DNA from: an uncultured Clostridia bacterium
GTDB lineage: Bacteria; Bacillota; Clostridia; Lachnospirales; CAMVHY01
Direction: 5' to 3'
Length of the DNA stretch: 64,000 nucleotides
NCBI GenBank assembly: GCA_947073045.1
Contig: CAMTJU010000004.1
Coordinates: forward strand, 1,150 to 65,149
Positions 11,487 through 20,122 of the stretch are shown here, piece after piece (position 1 is the stretch's first letter; each line of letters opens with the position of its first letter). Both the position numbers and the translations under genes were made by a program. A model generated the notes under the pieces. The model was not told the origin of the DNA. It saw only the letters and a program-made list of their open reading frames with translations, and did not search any database.

Positions 11487-12680
11487 ATGTCTAAAGAAAA
11501 GTTTGAAAGAACTAAGCCACACGCTAATATTGGAACAATTGGTCACGTTGACCACGGTAAGACTACTCTTACTGCTGCTATTACGAAAGTTTTAGCAGAA
11601 AGAGTTGCAGGTAATGTAGCTACAGATTTTGACAATATTGACAAGGCTCCAGAAGAAAAAGAAAGAGGTATTACAATTTCTACTGCGCATGTTGAGTACG
11701 AAACTAACAAGCGCCACTATGCACACGTTGATTGTCCAGGACATGCTGACTATGTAAAGAATATGATTACTGGTGCGGCCCAAATGGATGGTGCAATTTT
11801 AGTTGTTGCTGCTACTGATGGTCCAATGGCTCAGACTCGTGAACACATTTTGCTTGCACGTCAAGTTGGCGTTCCTAAAATTGTTGTATTTATGAACAAA
11901 TGTGATATGGTTGATGATGAGGAATTATTGGATTTAGTTGAAATGGAAATTCGTGAACTTTTATCTGAGTACGATTATCCAGGCGACGAAATTCCTATAA
12001 TTCGTGGTTCTGCTTTCCAAGCATTGCAGGATCCTGCAGGCCCTTGGGGCGACAAAATCATGGAACTTATGGATGCTGTTGATAGTTACATTCCTGATCC
12101 AGTTCGTGACGTTGATCATCCTTTCTTGATGCCAATTGAAGATGTTTTTTCAATTACTGGCCGTGGTACTGTTGCTACTGGTAGAATTGAACGCGGTATT
12201 ATCAAGATTCAGGATGAAGTTGAAATTGTTGGTCTTACAACTGAAAAGCGTAAAGTTGTTGTAACTGGTGTTGAAATGTTCCATAAATTATTGGATCAGG
12301 GTGAAGCCGGAGATAATGTAGGATTATTGCTTCGCGGTGTTCAACGTGATGAAATTGAACGCGGTCAAGTTCTTGCTAAACCTGGAACAATTACTCCGCA
12401 TACTAAATTTATTGCTCAAGTTTACGTTTTAACTCAAGAAGAAGGTGGACGTCACAAACCATTCTTTAATAATTACCGTCCTCAATTCTATTTCAGAACT
12501 ACCGACGTTACGGGTGTAATTTCATTACCTGAAGGTACAGAAATGTGCATGCCAGGCGATAATGTTGAAATGACAATCGAATTAATTACTCCGATTGCAA
12601 TGCAAGAAGGATTAAGATTTGCTATTCGTGAAGGTGGAAGAACAGTTGGAGCAGGTTCGGTTGTAAAAATTCTTCAATAA
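11487..12680 (+). CDS. tuf: elongation factor Tu
   Basis: 397 aa with [17 protein letters not shown] and NKCD. Confidence 0.99.
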   Translation: MSKEKFERTKPHANIGTIGHVDHGKTTLTAAITKVLAERVAGNVATDFDNIDKAPEEKERGITISTAHVEYETNKRHYAHVDCPGHADYVKNMITGAAQMDGAILVVAATDGPMAQTREHILLARQVGVPKIVVFMNKCDMVDDEELLDLVEMEIRELLSEYDYPGDEIPIIRGSAFQALQDPAGPWGDKIMELMDAVDSYIPDPVRDVDHPFLMPIEDVFSITGRGTVATGRIERGIIKIQDEVEIVGLTTEKRKVVVTGVEMFHKLLDQGEAGDNVGLLLRGVQRDEIERGQVLAKPGTITPHTKFIAQVYVLTQEEGGRHKPFFNNYRPQFYFRTTDVTGVISLPEGTEMCMPGDNVEMTIELITPIAMQEGLRFAIREGGRTVGAGSVVKILQ

Positions 12681-12696
12681 TTTTCAAATAGAAAAA

Positions 12697-12726
12697 AGGA
12701 TTGCCGTGTGCAGTCCTTTTTTTTTA
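12697..12726 (+). terminator. rho-independent terminator of the str operon
   Basis: AGGATTGC-cgtgt-GCAGTCCT stem followed by a T9 run, 17 nt after the tuf stop. Confidence 0.8.
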
Positions 12727-12794
12727 TTGTAAAATTTGATTTAGTAATCCAATTTTATTTGTGAAGAAAATAATTTTAAATGGAGGATTAAATT

Positions 12795-13259
12795 TTGTTA
12801 ATAAGGGATTATAAAAAATCGGATAATGAAAGCATTTATGATTTATTTTATAATACCGTTCATTATATTAATGCAAGAGATTATAATAAATTTCAATTGG
12901 ATGTATGGGCGAAAAAAAATATTGATATTGATAAATGGTGCAAGAAATTTATTAAAAGTTATACGCTAGTAGCCGATGAAGATAGAAAAATTATTGGATT
13001 TGCCAATATTTATAAGAATGGATATTTTGATTGCTTATATGTACATAAAGATTATCAAAATATAGGCATTGGTAAACATCTTGTAAATAAAATTGAGAAT
13101 TATGCAAGCAAAATGAGCACAAGCGAGATAATAACGTATTCCTCAATTACGGCAAAATCTTTTTTTATAAGTCTTGGATATAATATTTTATCTGAAAATA
13201 TTGTTTGTAAGAATTCCCAAAAATTATTAAACTACAAAATGAGAAAAATATTAATATGA
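12795..13259 (+). CDS. GNAT family N-acetyltransferase
   Basis: 154 aa with acetyl-CoA loop QNIGIGKHLVNKIENYA. TTG start behind GGAGG. Confidence 0.8.
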   Translation: MLIRDYKKSDNESIYDLFYNTVHYINARDYNKFQLDVWAKKNIDIDKWCKKFIKSYTLVADEDRKIIGFANIYKNGYFDCLYVHKDYQNIGIGKHLVNKIENYASKMSTSEIITYSSITAKSFFISLGYNILSENIVCKNSQKLLNYKMRKILI

Positions 13260-13276
13260 AAATCAGATATATTCTA

Positions 13277-13309
13277 AGAGCAAGAATAATCTTCTTGCTC
13301 TATTTTTTT
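13277..13309 (+). terminator. rho-independent terminator after the GNAT gene
   Basis: AGAGCAAGAA-taatc-TTCTTGCTCT stem followed by a T run. Confidence 0.75.
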
Positions 13310-13356
13310 ATCAATTTTTTTGTGCTATTTTCGTTTTCTTAAACCCGAAAAATATT

Positions 13357-14538
13357 TCACTCTTTAAGCTTTTTGGGCAATGTGAGAGAAATAATTTCAT
13401 CATTTTTAGATTTGAGTAGATTGGTCAAATTATAAATTTGCTTGTTTTTTTCAGCTAACTGACTATCTTTCATATCCAATTGATTTTTGAGTTTATTAAT
13501 GATTTCATTTGTTTTTGGCGAGTTCGTCCTGTACGTTTGACTTTGCAGTGTCTCATCACTTTGCAATTGATAAAATTTTTTTTGGATATTTGGCAAAAAT
13601 TTTATTTGCCACGGATTGCTTTTTTCAACATAGACTTCGCGTGCAAAAAAATTTTCCTCAGACATTTTCTCATCACTTAAATAAATTGCCCTTTGCAAAT
13701 ACGAAAAATTTTCATTATAAACAATTGGACTTTGGAAAGTAAATCCGTTATCTTTTGAAACTGCCGAATATATTTTCTCATTGATTGTCCACAGCGCATA
13801 CAACTCATTTTTTATAATTAGCAATAAATTATTTTTTATGTTCGGATTCTCGAACAAAATTATTGGCTTTGAAAATGAATTACTTGTTTTTTTGCGATAC
13901 ACAATTTGCTTTGTAAACATATTTTTCACTGTATACAAGGCATGTATGGAATCATTGGTCGATAAAAAAGATGTGTCAGTTATTTTGTAATATGTTGAAT
14001 GAATGATATGGAAATTGCTTTGGCGCTCTGGAGTTATTTCCCTATATCCCAAAGTTATTTCATCCATTTTAGTCATGTAGAAAACAAGCAAATGATTATC
14101 ACTTATCCTTTGCACGCAAAAATTCTCTAATTCATACAATTTATCGATTTGCATTGAAGGCTGCCACCTATTATCTTTTAGCTTATTTATTGCCAAATAA
14201 AAGTTATTTTTGTCCGCAGGCATATTATATAGCAATGAAAAATTACTTTTATTTATTAGTGGATGTATTTGCAGAGGATAATTAAATTGATTTTGGAAAA
14301 TCGTTTTGCTCTGCCAATTATTATTTTTATACGTACACAAAAATGCATTACCAAAATTATTTTGGCAAAACAGATTTATCTGACCATTAGTAATATTTAT
14401 TGTGTAATCTGCGCGCGCATTATTAAATATAATTTGCGGCATTGACCATTGTCCACTAGAAAAATTTTTTTGCATGATACTATTGCCATCGTGGTAGAAA
14501 CACAAAATTTTATTTTTGTAACGAATTATGTAAACCAT
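13357..14538 (-). CDS. hypothetical protein: repeat-rich, beta-strand-rich N-terminal region with one Asp-box-like motif, plus a C-terminal coiled coil
   Basis: 393 aa. SKDNGFTF matches the BNR/Asp-box pattern SxDxGxTF/W. The last ~50 aa (NEIINKLKNQLDMKDSQLAEKNKQIYNLTNLLKSKNDEI) have heptad character. No family is recognised by eye. Confidence 0.55.
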   Translation of the reverse strand: MVYIIRYKNKILCFYHDGNSIMQKNFSSGQWSMPQIIFNNARADYTINITNGQINLFCQNNFGNAFLCTYKNNNWQSKTIFQNQFNYPLQIHPLINKSNFSLLYNMPADKNNFYLAINKLKDNRWQPSMQIDKLYELENFCVQRISDNHLLVFYMTKMDEITLGYREITPERQSNFHIIHSTYYKITDTSFLSTNDSIHALYTVKNMFTKQIVYRKKTSNSFSKPIILFENPNIKNNLLLIIKNELYALWTINEKIYSAVSKDNGFTFQSPIVYNENFSYLQRAIYLSDEKMSEENFFAREVYVEKSNPWQIKFLPNIQKKFYQLQSDETLQSQTYRTNSPKTNEIINKLKNQLDMKDSQLAEKNKQIYNLTNLLKSKNDEIISLTLPKKLKE

Positions 14539-14630
14539 AAACTCACATCCTTTATAAAATTTTACTCATGCAATTTAAAAATAATTCGCACTGGACCTGC
14601 ATATATTTTTTTATATATATAATAAAATCC

Positions 14631-14652
14631 AAGCTTTTTTGAAAAAAAGCTT
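14631..14652. repeat. hairpin module C (AAGCTTTTTTGAAAAAAAGCTT)
   Basis: Palindrome also seen at 27846-27866 and, shortened, at 38184-38199. Confidence 0.75.
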
Positions 14653-14664
14653 GACCAAAAAATT

Positions 14665-14739
14665 AAAACACAACTGCCTTTTGGCAGTTGTGAGTTAGAG
14701 TTCTTTTATTACTTTCTTTCAAGAAGGTAACAAAGAATT
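14665..14739. repeat. D-E repeat unit, left copy. Inverted partner of 15876-15951.
   Basis: Contains hairpin D (CACAACTGCCTTTTGGCAGTTGTG) and hairpin E (TTACTTTCTTTCAAGAAGGTAA). It ends 1 nt before the spmA GGAG RBS. About 67 of 75 positions match the reverse complement of 15876-15951 by manual alignment. Confidence 0.85.
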
Positions 14740-14753
14740 GGAGATGAAAAGCA

Positions 14754-15332
14754 ATGCTAAATTATTTGTGGGGCTCAATGATTTTAATCGGGATTATATT
14801 TTCTGTTTTCAGTGGAAATTTGTCATGCATTACAAATGCTGCAATTAATTCCTCAAAGGAAGCCGTCACTATTTGCCTTACAATGCTTGGAGTTTTAACG
14901 ATGTGGACAGGATTAATGAAAATAGCTGAGAAATCCGGACTCATTGACGCATTGTCAGAAAAAATGATGCCGCTATTAAAATTTTTGTTTCCGCACCTGC
15001 CTAAACAATCTAAAGCTATGCAATATATTTCTACCAATATTATTGCAAATATGTTGGGGCTTAGTTGGGCAGCAACTCCTGCAGGCCTAAAAGCAATGGA
15101 TGAATTACAGAAAATAAATCCCGACAAAGAAACTGCAAGTCGCGAAATGTGTATGTTCATGATAATAAATATGTCGTCATTGCAAATCGTTTCTGTAAAC
15201 ATAATTGCGTATCGCTCGCAATATAATTCGCAAAATCCATCAGAGATAATCGGACCAGGATTATTAGCAACACTCGTTTCAACAATTGTCGCTATTGTAA
15301 TTACAAAAATTCTTGAAAGGTACGATAAATAA
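14754..15332 (+). CDS. spmA: spore maturation protein A (nucleoside-recognition-domain membrane protein)
   Basis: 192 aa. MLNYLWGSMILIGI... with Gate-domain-like TM topology. Immediately followed by spmB. Confidence 0.85.
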   Translation: MLNYLWGSMILIGIIFSVFSGNLSCITNAAINSSKEAVTICLTMLGVLTMWTGLMKIAEKSGLIDALSEKMMPLLKFLFPHLPKQSKAMQYISTNIIANMLGLSWAATPAGLKAMDELQKINPDKETASREMCMFMIINMSSLQIVSVNIIAYRSQYNSQNPSEIIGPGLLATLVSTIVAIVITKILERYDK

Positions 15333-15863
15333 ATGAGATTAATGATGTTCATTTCAGATTTGATAATGCCGATTGCATTCGTCGGAATTATTTTGTACGG
15401 CTACTCAAAAAATATAGACATATACGAAACTTTTATAGAAGGTGCCAAAGATGGAATAATGACAGTCTTTCAGATTTTCCCTACACTTGTTGGATTAATG
15501 GTAGCAGTAGGAATATTGCGTGAATCCGGTGCATTGGATTTTTTTTGCAAATACATAGGACCATTTTCAGAAAAAGTCGGCTTTCCAAAAGACGCTATTC
15601 CTCTAACATTTATGAGACTTATTTCATCATCTGCTTCAACCGGCTTGTTACTCGATATTTTCAAAAAGTACGGTCCCGATTCATTTATCGGCCGATTAGT
15701 TTCAGTAATGATGAGTTGCACCGAAACCGTTTTTTACACAATAAGCATATACTTCATGAGCATTAAAATAAAAAAAATTCGCTATACACTCAAAGGAGCA
15801 CTGATAGCGAATTTATTTGGAATAATTGCATCATTGTACATAACAAAAATTTTTTTTGGATAA
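15333..15863 (+). CDS. spmB: spore maturation protein B
   Basis: 176 aa polytopic membrane protein. Start abuts the spmA stop (TAAATG). Typical spmA-spmB pair. Confidence 0.85.
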   Translation: MRLMMFISDLIMPIAFVGIILYGYSKNIDIYETFIEGAKDGIMTVFQIFPTLVGLMVAVGILRESGALDFFCKYIGPFSEKVGFPKDAIPLTFMRLISSSASTGLLLDIFKKYGPDSFIGRLVSVMMSCTETVFYTISIYFMSIKIKKIRYTLKGALIANLFGIIASLYITKIFFG

Positions 15864-15875
15864 GATTTCAAAAGA

Positions 15876-15951
15876 AATTCTTCTGTTACTTTCTTGAAAG
15901 AAAGTAACCAAAGAACTTTAACTCACAACTGCCATTTGGCAGTTGTGTTTT
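15876..15951. repeat. D-E repeat unit, right copy (order E then D). Hairpin D plus a T run probably acts as the spmB terminator.
   Basis: TTACTTTCTTGAAAGAAAGTAA and CACAACTGCCATTTGGCAGTTGTG followed by TTTTAAAGTTTTTTT. Reverse complement of 14665-14739. Confidence 0.85.
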
Positions 15952-15962
15952 AAAGTTTTTTT

Positions 15963-16018
15963 ATGAAGCGGCTCTTTTTAATGAGACGCTTATGCTTCTT
16001 TTTTTATAAAAAAAGAAG
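15963..16018 (+). repeat. B-C' repeat unit (ATGAAGCGGCTC...GAGACGCTTAT, then CTTCTTTTTTTATAAAAAAAGAAG)
   Basis: The same unit recurs at 27846-27896 (reverse), 36786-36848, 38151-38199, 46217-46269 and, partially, at 62426-62470. It lies between convergent spmB and murJ. Confidence 0.8.
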
Positions 16019-16025
16019 AGAAAAA

Positions 16026-17582
16026 CTATTTTGTTCTTGTAATTATGTACAAAGATTTCACAACCATATTTTTTATAAAAATAGCTTCGTCAAGCTTAAA
16101 TAAAAATGTTATGAAAATATAAACCACAAAACCAATTAGGCACGTTATTGCAAGTGATAAAAACTTAAATAAAAATATTGAACTTGTTGGCAATAGTCGA
16201 TATAAATAAAAAACTGTAACTGACATAAATAATGATGCGAGAATAATTTTGACTATCTTCAATAAAAATTTGCGATTTATAAATTTATTTTTATTTGCAA
16301 TAACCAACATAAATAACGCTATAAAATCAATTGCAACGGAAGATGCAAGAGCAGGCCCGCCTATGTCCAAAAATTTTACAAGAGTGAAACTAAGCAAAAA
16401 ATTTATCACAAGCGCAATAATTGCAGATACAAGCGGAATCTTGCCATTTTTGGCTGCATAGAAACTGCTGTTTAAAATAGTTTGAATGCCGTAACCCACA
16501 ATCCCTATTGAATAAAAAAATAAAGCTCTGGCTGTCAAATTTGTTGCAGCTGTATCAAACTTGCCTCTCTCAAACAAAATGCTTACAATATCTGTGCTGA
16601 ACATCATTAAAATAAATGTCAACGGTATTAAAAAATAAAACATATTGCTTATGGAAATTTTCAATGCCGAATTGAATTCAGTTTGCGAATTATTGGCCTT
16701 CAATTTTGAAAGCCGCTGGAACATGAAATTATTTACTGACAAAACAAATGTCCCCGTTACTATAATATAAACCGTATTGGCCATTTTTAATGCATTTGCG
16801 CCACCTTCGATATATGAAGCAACGTTTGAATTAACTAAATTATTTATCGGCATAACCCATGAACTGACCAAAACCGGCAGCATTAATTTTAAAATTTCAT
16901 GTATGCCAGCCGATTTTAAATCTATCGCAAAATGAAATTTGTAATTTTGGCTATGCAAAAATGGAATTTGTATTAGCAATTGCATCAGCCAGCCCAAAGT
17001 AAATGCGACGGCAAGCCCATACACACCAAATTTTTTTATCAAAAAAATATAATAAAAAATAATAACGCCGTTAAAAAATATACTCATGGCCGACGTTATA
17101 TTGAATTTGCCAAATGATTGCAAGACACCCGTCATCGAAAATGCAATCCCGCTAAACATCAAAACAGGCAACACAATTTTGAGCAATCTTGCAGTCAAAA
17201 GCTTTGTTTGTAAATCAAGACCTGGCGCAATTATATTTACAATCTGCATAGAAAAAATTGCCGCCAAAAATATTACAATGCCCGCCAAAAATATTATTAT
17301 ACTCAAAAAATTACTGAACAACTTAAAAGCAGAATCTTTGCCTTCGTTTTCAAGATGATTGTTAAAAATGGGAATAAAGCTAGAAGTTATGGACGAGGCA
17401 AACATAATATCAAGAAATTGATTTGGCAAATTACTGGCATAAGTAAAGGCAGTACCTTCCATGGAAGTTGTACCGAAATTATAGCCAAACATCATCTCAC
17501 GCACTAATCCTAAAATTTTTCCGATTACTGAAATAAACATCATTAACGCAATAGTTTTAACGGCATTATCTTTTTTAGTCAT
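16026..17582 (-). CDS. murJ: lipid II flippase MurJ
   Basis: 518 aa with 14 predicted TM segments and an N-terminal GKILGLVREMMFGYNFGT motif typical of MviN/MurJ. Confidence 0.9.
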   Translation of the reverse strand: MTKKDNAVKTIALMMFISVIGKILGLVREMMFGYNFGTTSMEGTAFTYASNLPNQFLDIMFASSITSSFIPIFNNHLENEGKDSAFKLFSNFLSIIIFLAGIVIFLAAIFSMQIVNIIAPGLDLQTKLLTARLLKIVLPVLMFSGIAFSMTGVLQSFGKFNITSAMSIFFNGVIIFYYIFLIKKFGVYGLAVAFTLGWLMQLLIQIPFLHSQNYKFHFAIDLKSAGIHEILKLMLPVLVSSWVMPINNLVNSNVASYIEGGANALKMANTVYIIVTGTFVLSVNNFMFQRLSKLKANNSQTEFNSALKISISNMFYFLIPLTFILMMFSTDIVSILFERGKFDTAATNLTARALFFYSIGIVGYGIQTILNSSFYAAKNGKIPLVSAIIALVINFLLSFTLVKFLDIGGPALASSVAIDFIALFMLVIANKNKFINRKFLLKIVKIILASLFMSVTVFYLYRLLPTSSIFLFKFLSLAITCLIGFVVYIFITFLFKLDEAIFIKNMVVKSLYIITRTK

Positions 17583-17688
17583 AATCTCACTCTCAAATTT
17601 TTTCTCTTTTTTTCATTAATTATTGCACAAAAAAAAAACAAATACAATGCGAAAACATTGTATTTGTTTTTAAATATAATTTTAATTT

Positions 17689-18558
17689 TTAACTTCTATC
17701 GGGATAATCATCGCGTCCGCCTTTTTCTTTGTATTGATTTGATGGAGTTGGTACAAGACCATGTTCGGCAGCACGGCGCAAACGTTGTTTGATAAATTCT
17801 GGTGTTTCTTTGCCAACTCTAGAGAATACTGGCAAAACTTTTGAACTTTCAACATTATGCATATTAAAATCGCTATCAAGAGTTGCTCTAAAAGCAAAAT
17901 TTCCATAAGAAACTTGCTTAGTTTCACGAAGTCTAGCATTTTCTCTAATAGATTGTTCCAAAATCTTTTGCAAAGGCATAACACGCCTTGGTGCAAGGCC
18001 CATAGCCTGCTCAAAAGATAATTTTTGCGAATCTAACTTTTGCAATCTAATTTGATATTTATCTTTTTGTAATTCGAGCGAATTTTTTTCACGCTCTAAT
18101 TCTTTTTTCTGACTTTCAAGTTGTTTAAGTTTGGCTTGCTCCATTTGAATTTGAAGATTTAATTGGCGAAGTTTCTCTAATATCTCTTTTTCACGCAATT
18201 TCAAGATTTCAACTAATTTTTCATTGCCTGGTTTTCCTTCTAATTCCTTAATTTTATCTCTAACTTTTTTTAGAGACATTTGTAATTCTTTTCTCTTGTT
18301 TTCCAACAAAGAAATTTTTCTAGCTAATCTATTAATTTCCAAACTTAATTTTGCAATAGACTTTTTTATATCTAATAATTTAAGTTTAATTGTTTCAATT
18401 TTATCTTGAATTTTTTCCTTTGCTCGATTAATTAATTCAATAAACAAATTGGGATTTTTTCTAATCTGGCTTATCAAATTTTCTCTTGATTGTTCTACAG
18501 AAGCTACGGGTTGAGTTAAAGCTCTAAACAAATTACTTATTGCTTTGAAAAGGCCCAT
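17689..18558 (-). CDS. coiled-coil protein with a PspA/IM30-like N-terminal amphipathic helix and an unrecognised C-terminal domain
   Basis: MGLFKAISNLFRAL..., then about 190 aa of heptad-rich E/K/L/Q sequence, then about 90 aa non-coiled tail (..FAFRATLDSDFNMHNVESSKVLPVFSRVGKETPEFIKQRLRRAAEHGLVP..). ATG at 18558 sits behind AGGAGG. The track's GTG at 18567 lies inside the spacer. Confidence 0.45.
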   Translation of the reverse strand: MGLFKAISNLFRALTQPVASVEQSRENLISQIRKNPNLFIELINRAKEKIQDKIETIKLKLLDIKKSIAKLSLEINRLARKISLLENKRKELQMSLKKVRDKIKELEGKPGNEKLVEILKLREKEILEKLRQLNLQIQMEQAKLKQLESQKKELEREKNSLELQKDKYQIRLQKLDSQKLSFEQAMGLAPRRVMPLQKILEQSIRENARLRETKQVSYGNFAFRATLDSDFNMHNVESSKVLPVFSRVGKETPEFIKQRLRRAAEHGLVPTPSNQYKEKGGRDDYPDRS

Positions 18559-18600
18559 TTCCCTCACACCTCCTACAACTACATCTATTTTAGGTTACAT

Positions 18601-18627
18601 AATAATCATAACTCAAAAATGATTATT
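18601..18627. promoter_or_regulatory. perfect 9-bp inverted repeat AATAATCAT-N9-ATGATTATT overlapping the spacer and -10 of that promoter (candidate operator)
   Basis: The palindrome is read directly. Its position over the -10 and spacer suggests repressor binding. Confidence 0.45.
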
Positions 18628-18633
18628 TGTCAA
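18605..18633 (-). promoter_or_regulatory. sigma-A type promoter for the PspA-like gene
   Basis: Minus strand reads TTGACA, 17 nt, TATGAT, about 45 nt upstream of the ATG. Confidence 0.6.
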
Positions 18634-18730
18634 GCAAAAATAATAAAAAAATTATATATTTTTTATTTAATACATAATACAAGAATAATATTTTTATATC
18701 GCGATTATATATTTATAAGGAGGAATGAGA

Positions 18731-18925
18731 ATGAAAAATGATGATAATTTAATATTGGAAAGCATAAAAAAAATCAAGCAAGATCTACATGCAGTTGAAA
18801 ACAAACTAAATTTTGCAACTGATCCGATTTTGATTGACAGTTATATATACGAACTGAAAGCATTACATATGCGGCATAAATTTTATATGAAGCTGTGTAA
18901 GAAAAACAAAATAAATTTTATATAG
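18731..18925 (+). CDS. yaaL: YaaL family protein (DUF2508)
   Basis: 64 aa. DPILIDSYIYELKALHMRHKFYMKLCK resembles the DUF2508 core. Followed by bofA, as in Bacillus. Confidence 0.7.
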   Translation: MKNDDNLILESIKKIKQDLHAVENKLNFATDPILIDSYIYELKALHMRHKFYMKLCKKNKINFI

Positions 18926-18934
18926 GAGGCACAA

Positions 18935-19207
18935 ATGGATTTAACAACAGAAAATATTTATATGCTTGGCATTTGCTTTTTAGCTATATTATTTTTATTT
19001 TTCATTGGTTCATTGAAATTTATTTTCAAAATTTTAATGCGCACAACTTTCTCTCTAACAATTATTTATTTTGTAAATATGTTATTGTGTTTGGCGCCAG
19101 ATCTAAAAAAATTTTGCATAGGTATAAATTTTATAAGTGCAATCGTCAGCATACTATTAGGTTTTCCAGGAATAATTTCTTTATACATACTGCAAAGTAT
19201 TCTTTGA
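18935..19207 (+). CDS. bofA: pro-sigma-K processing inhibitor BofA
   Basis: 90 aa with two TM segments and a C-terminal GINFISAIVSILLGFPGIISL motif typical of BofA. Confidence 0.8.
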   Translation: MDLTTENIYMLGICFLAILFLFFIGSLKFIFKILMRTTFSLTIIYFVNMLLCLAPDLKKFCIGINFISAIVSILLGFPGIISLYILQSIL

Positions 19208-19209
19208 AT

Positions 19210-19791
19210 TTAAATAGGCAAAATTGAATTTTTAATTATCTTCCAAAGTTCGTCGCGATTAAAATTTGTTTTGCTTGAAAAAGGCAATATAATTTTGTCT
19301 GAACAAAGTTTGTTTTTTATATTTTCAATGTGCAGTTCAATTGCCGATGATTTAATTTTATCTGCCTTTGTGGCAACGATTATTGTATTAAAATTGTGAA
19401 AAATGAGCCAATCATACATCATCTTGTCATTTTCACTTGGAACATGGCGAATATCAATCAATAATAAAATCAGGCGCAAATTATTTTTGCCAGACAAATA
19501 ACTTTCTATCAAACGGCTCCATTTTTGAATTTGGGTTTTGCTAGCGCGCGCATAGCCGTATCCTGGCAAATCTACAAAATATAATTCATTTTCCACATTA
19601 TAAAAATTTATTGTGCGAGTTTTACCAGGCGAATTACTTGTATGCGCCAAAGATTTTCTATAAATCATAGAATTTATGAGCGAAGACTTTCCAACATTTG
19701 ACTTGCCTACAAAAGCTATTTGCGGCAAATTATTAGAAGGAAATTGATTTTTATTTCCGGCGCTCATCTCCAACTTAACATTATTAATCAT
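19210..19791 (-). CDS. engB: ribosome biogenesis GTP-binding protein EngB/YsxC
   Basis: GKSNVGKSSLINS (G1), DLPGYGYA (G3) and TKADK (G4). Confidence 0.93.
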   Translation of the reverse strand: MINNVKLEMSAGNKNQFPSNNLPQIAFVGKSNVGKSSLINSMIYRKSLAHTSNSPGKTRTINFYNVENELYFVDLPGYGYARASKTQIQKWSRLIESYLSGKNNLRLILLLIDIRHVPSENDKMMYDWLIFHNFNTIIVATKADKIKSSAIELHIENIKNKLCSDKIILPFSSKTNFNRDELWKIIKNSILPI

Positions 19792-19800
19792 AAAAACTCC

Positions 19801-20028
19801 TTAAGGTTTAATTTTCATTTCACAAATCAATTTTTCAATGCAATCCTGGCAAATATCAAAAGAGTGATTCAAGCCGTCAAATTTTGAATCATACGACCAA
19901 ATTTTATCTATGCTCAAATAATCATCAAAATAACCAAATTTATTTTTAGGTATTTCATGGCCACACATATTACAAAAAATTTTTTCAAGCTTGTTTTCAA
20001 AAGTCTTCACCTGTTTAAAATTTTTCAT
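19801..20028 (-). CDS. small hypothetical protein with two CxxC pairs (zinc-ribbon-like)
   Basis: CNMCGHEI ... CQDCIEKL. ATG at 20028 sits behind AAAAGGAAG. The track start at 20052 is an upstream TTG. Confidence 0.5.
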   Translation of the reverse strand: MKNFKQVKTFENKLEKIFCNMCGHEIPKNKFGYFDDYLSIDKIWSYDSKFDGLNHSFDICQDCIEKLICEMKIKP

Positions 20029-20122
20029 ATGTCGACACTTCCTTTTAGACAAAAAAATATTTGCTTAAGGCAATCATAAGCAAATTTTTTTATATAATTT
20101 TGGACAAAAAAAATAAATAGTA

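Noticed and set aside
14762-15352. 196-aa ORF antisense to spmA. Similar long antisense or overlapping ORFs occur at 10641-11084 and 10798-11148 (in fusA), 23179-23613 (in ecfT), 52894-53457 (antisense to ruvB), 6767-7108, 47814-48170 and 37779-38109.
   Set aside because: Each overlaps a confidently recognised gene or IS on the other strand or in another frame. Each lacks an RBS and has low-complexity or codon-mirror composition, so they are frame artefacts.
14631-16020. Could the recurring hairpins be a CRISPR array or a tRNA-like gene?
   Set aside because: The repeats belong to several different families, are mutually inverted, are irregularly spaced and flank genes. There is no repeat-spacer periodicity, no cas genes, and no cloverleaf or GTTCGAATC-type T-arm.
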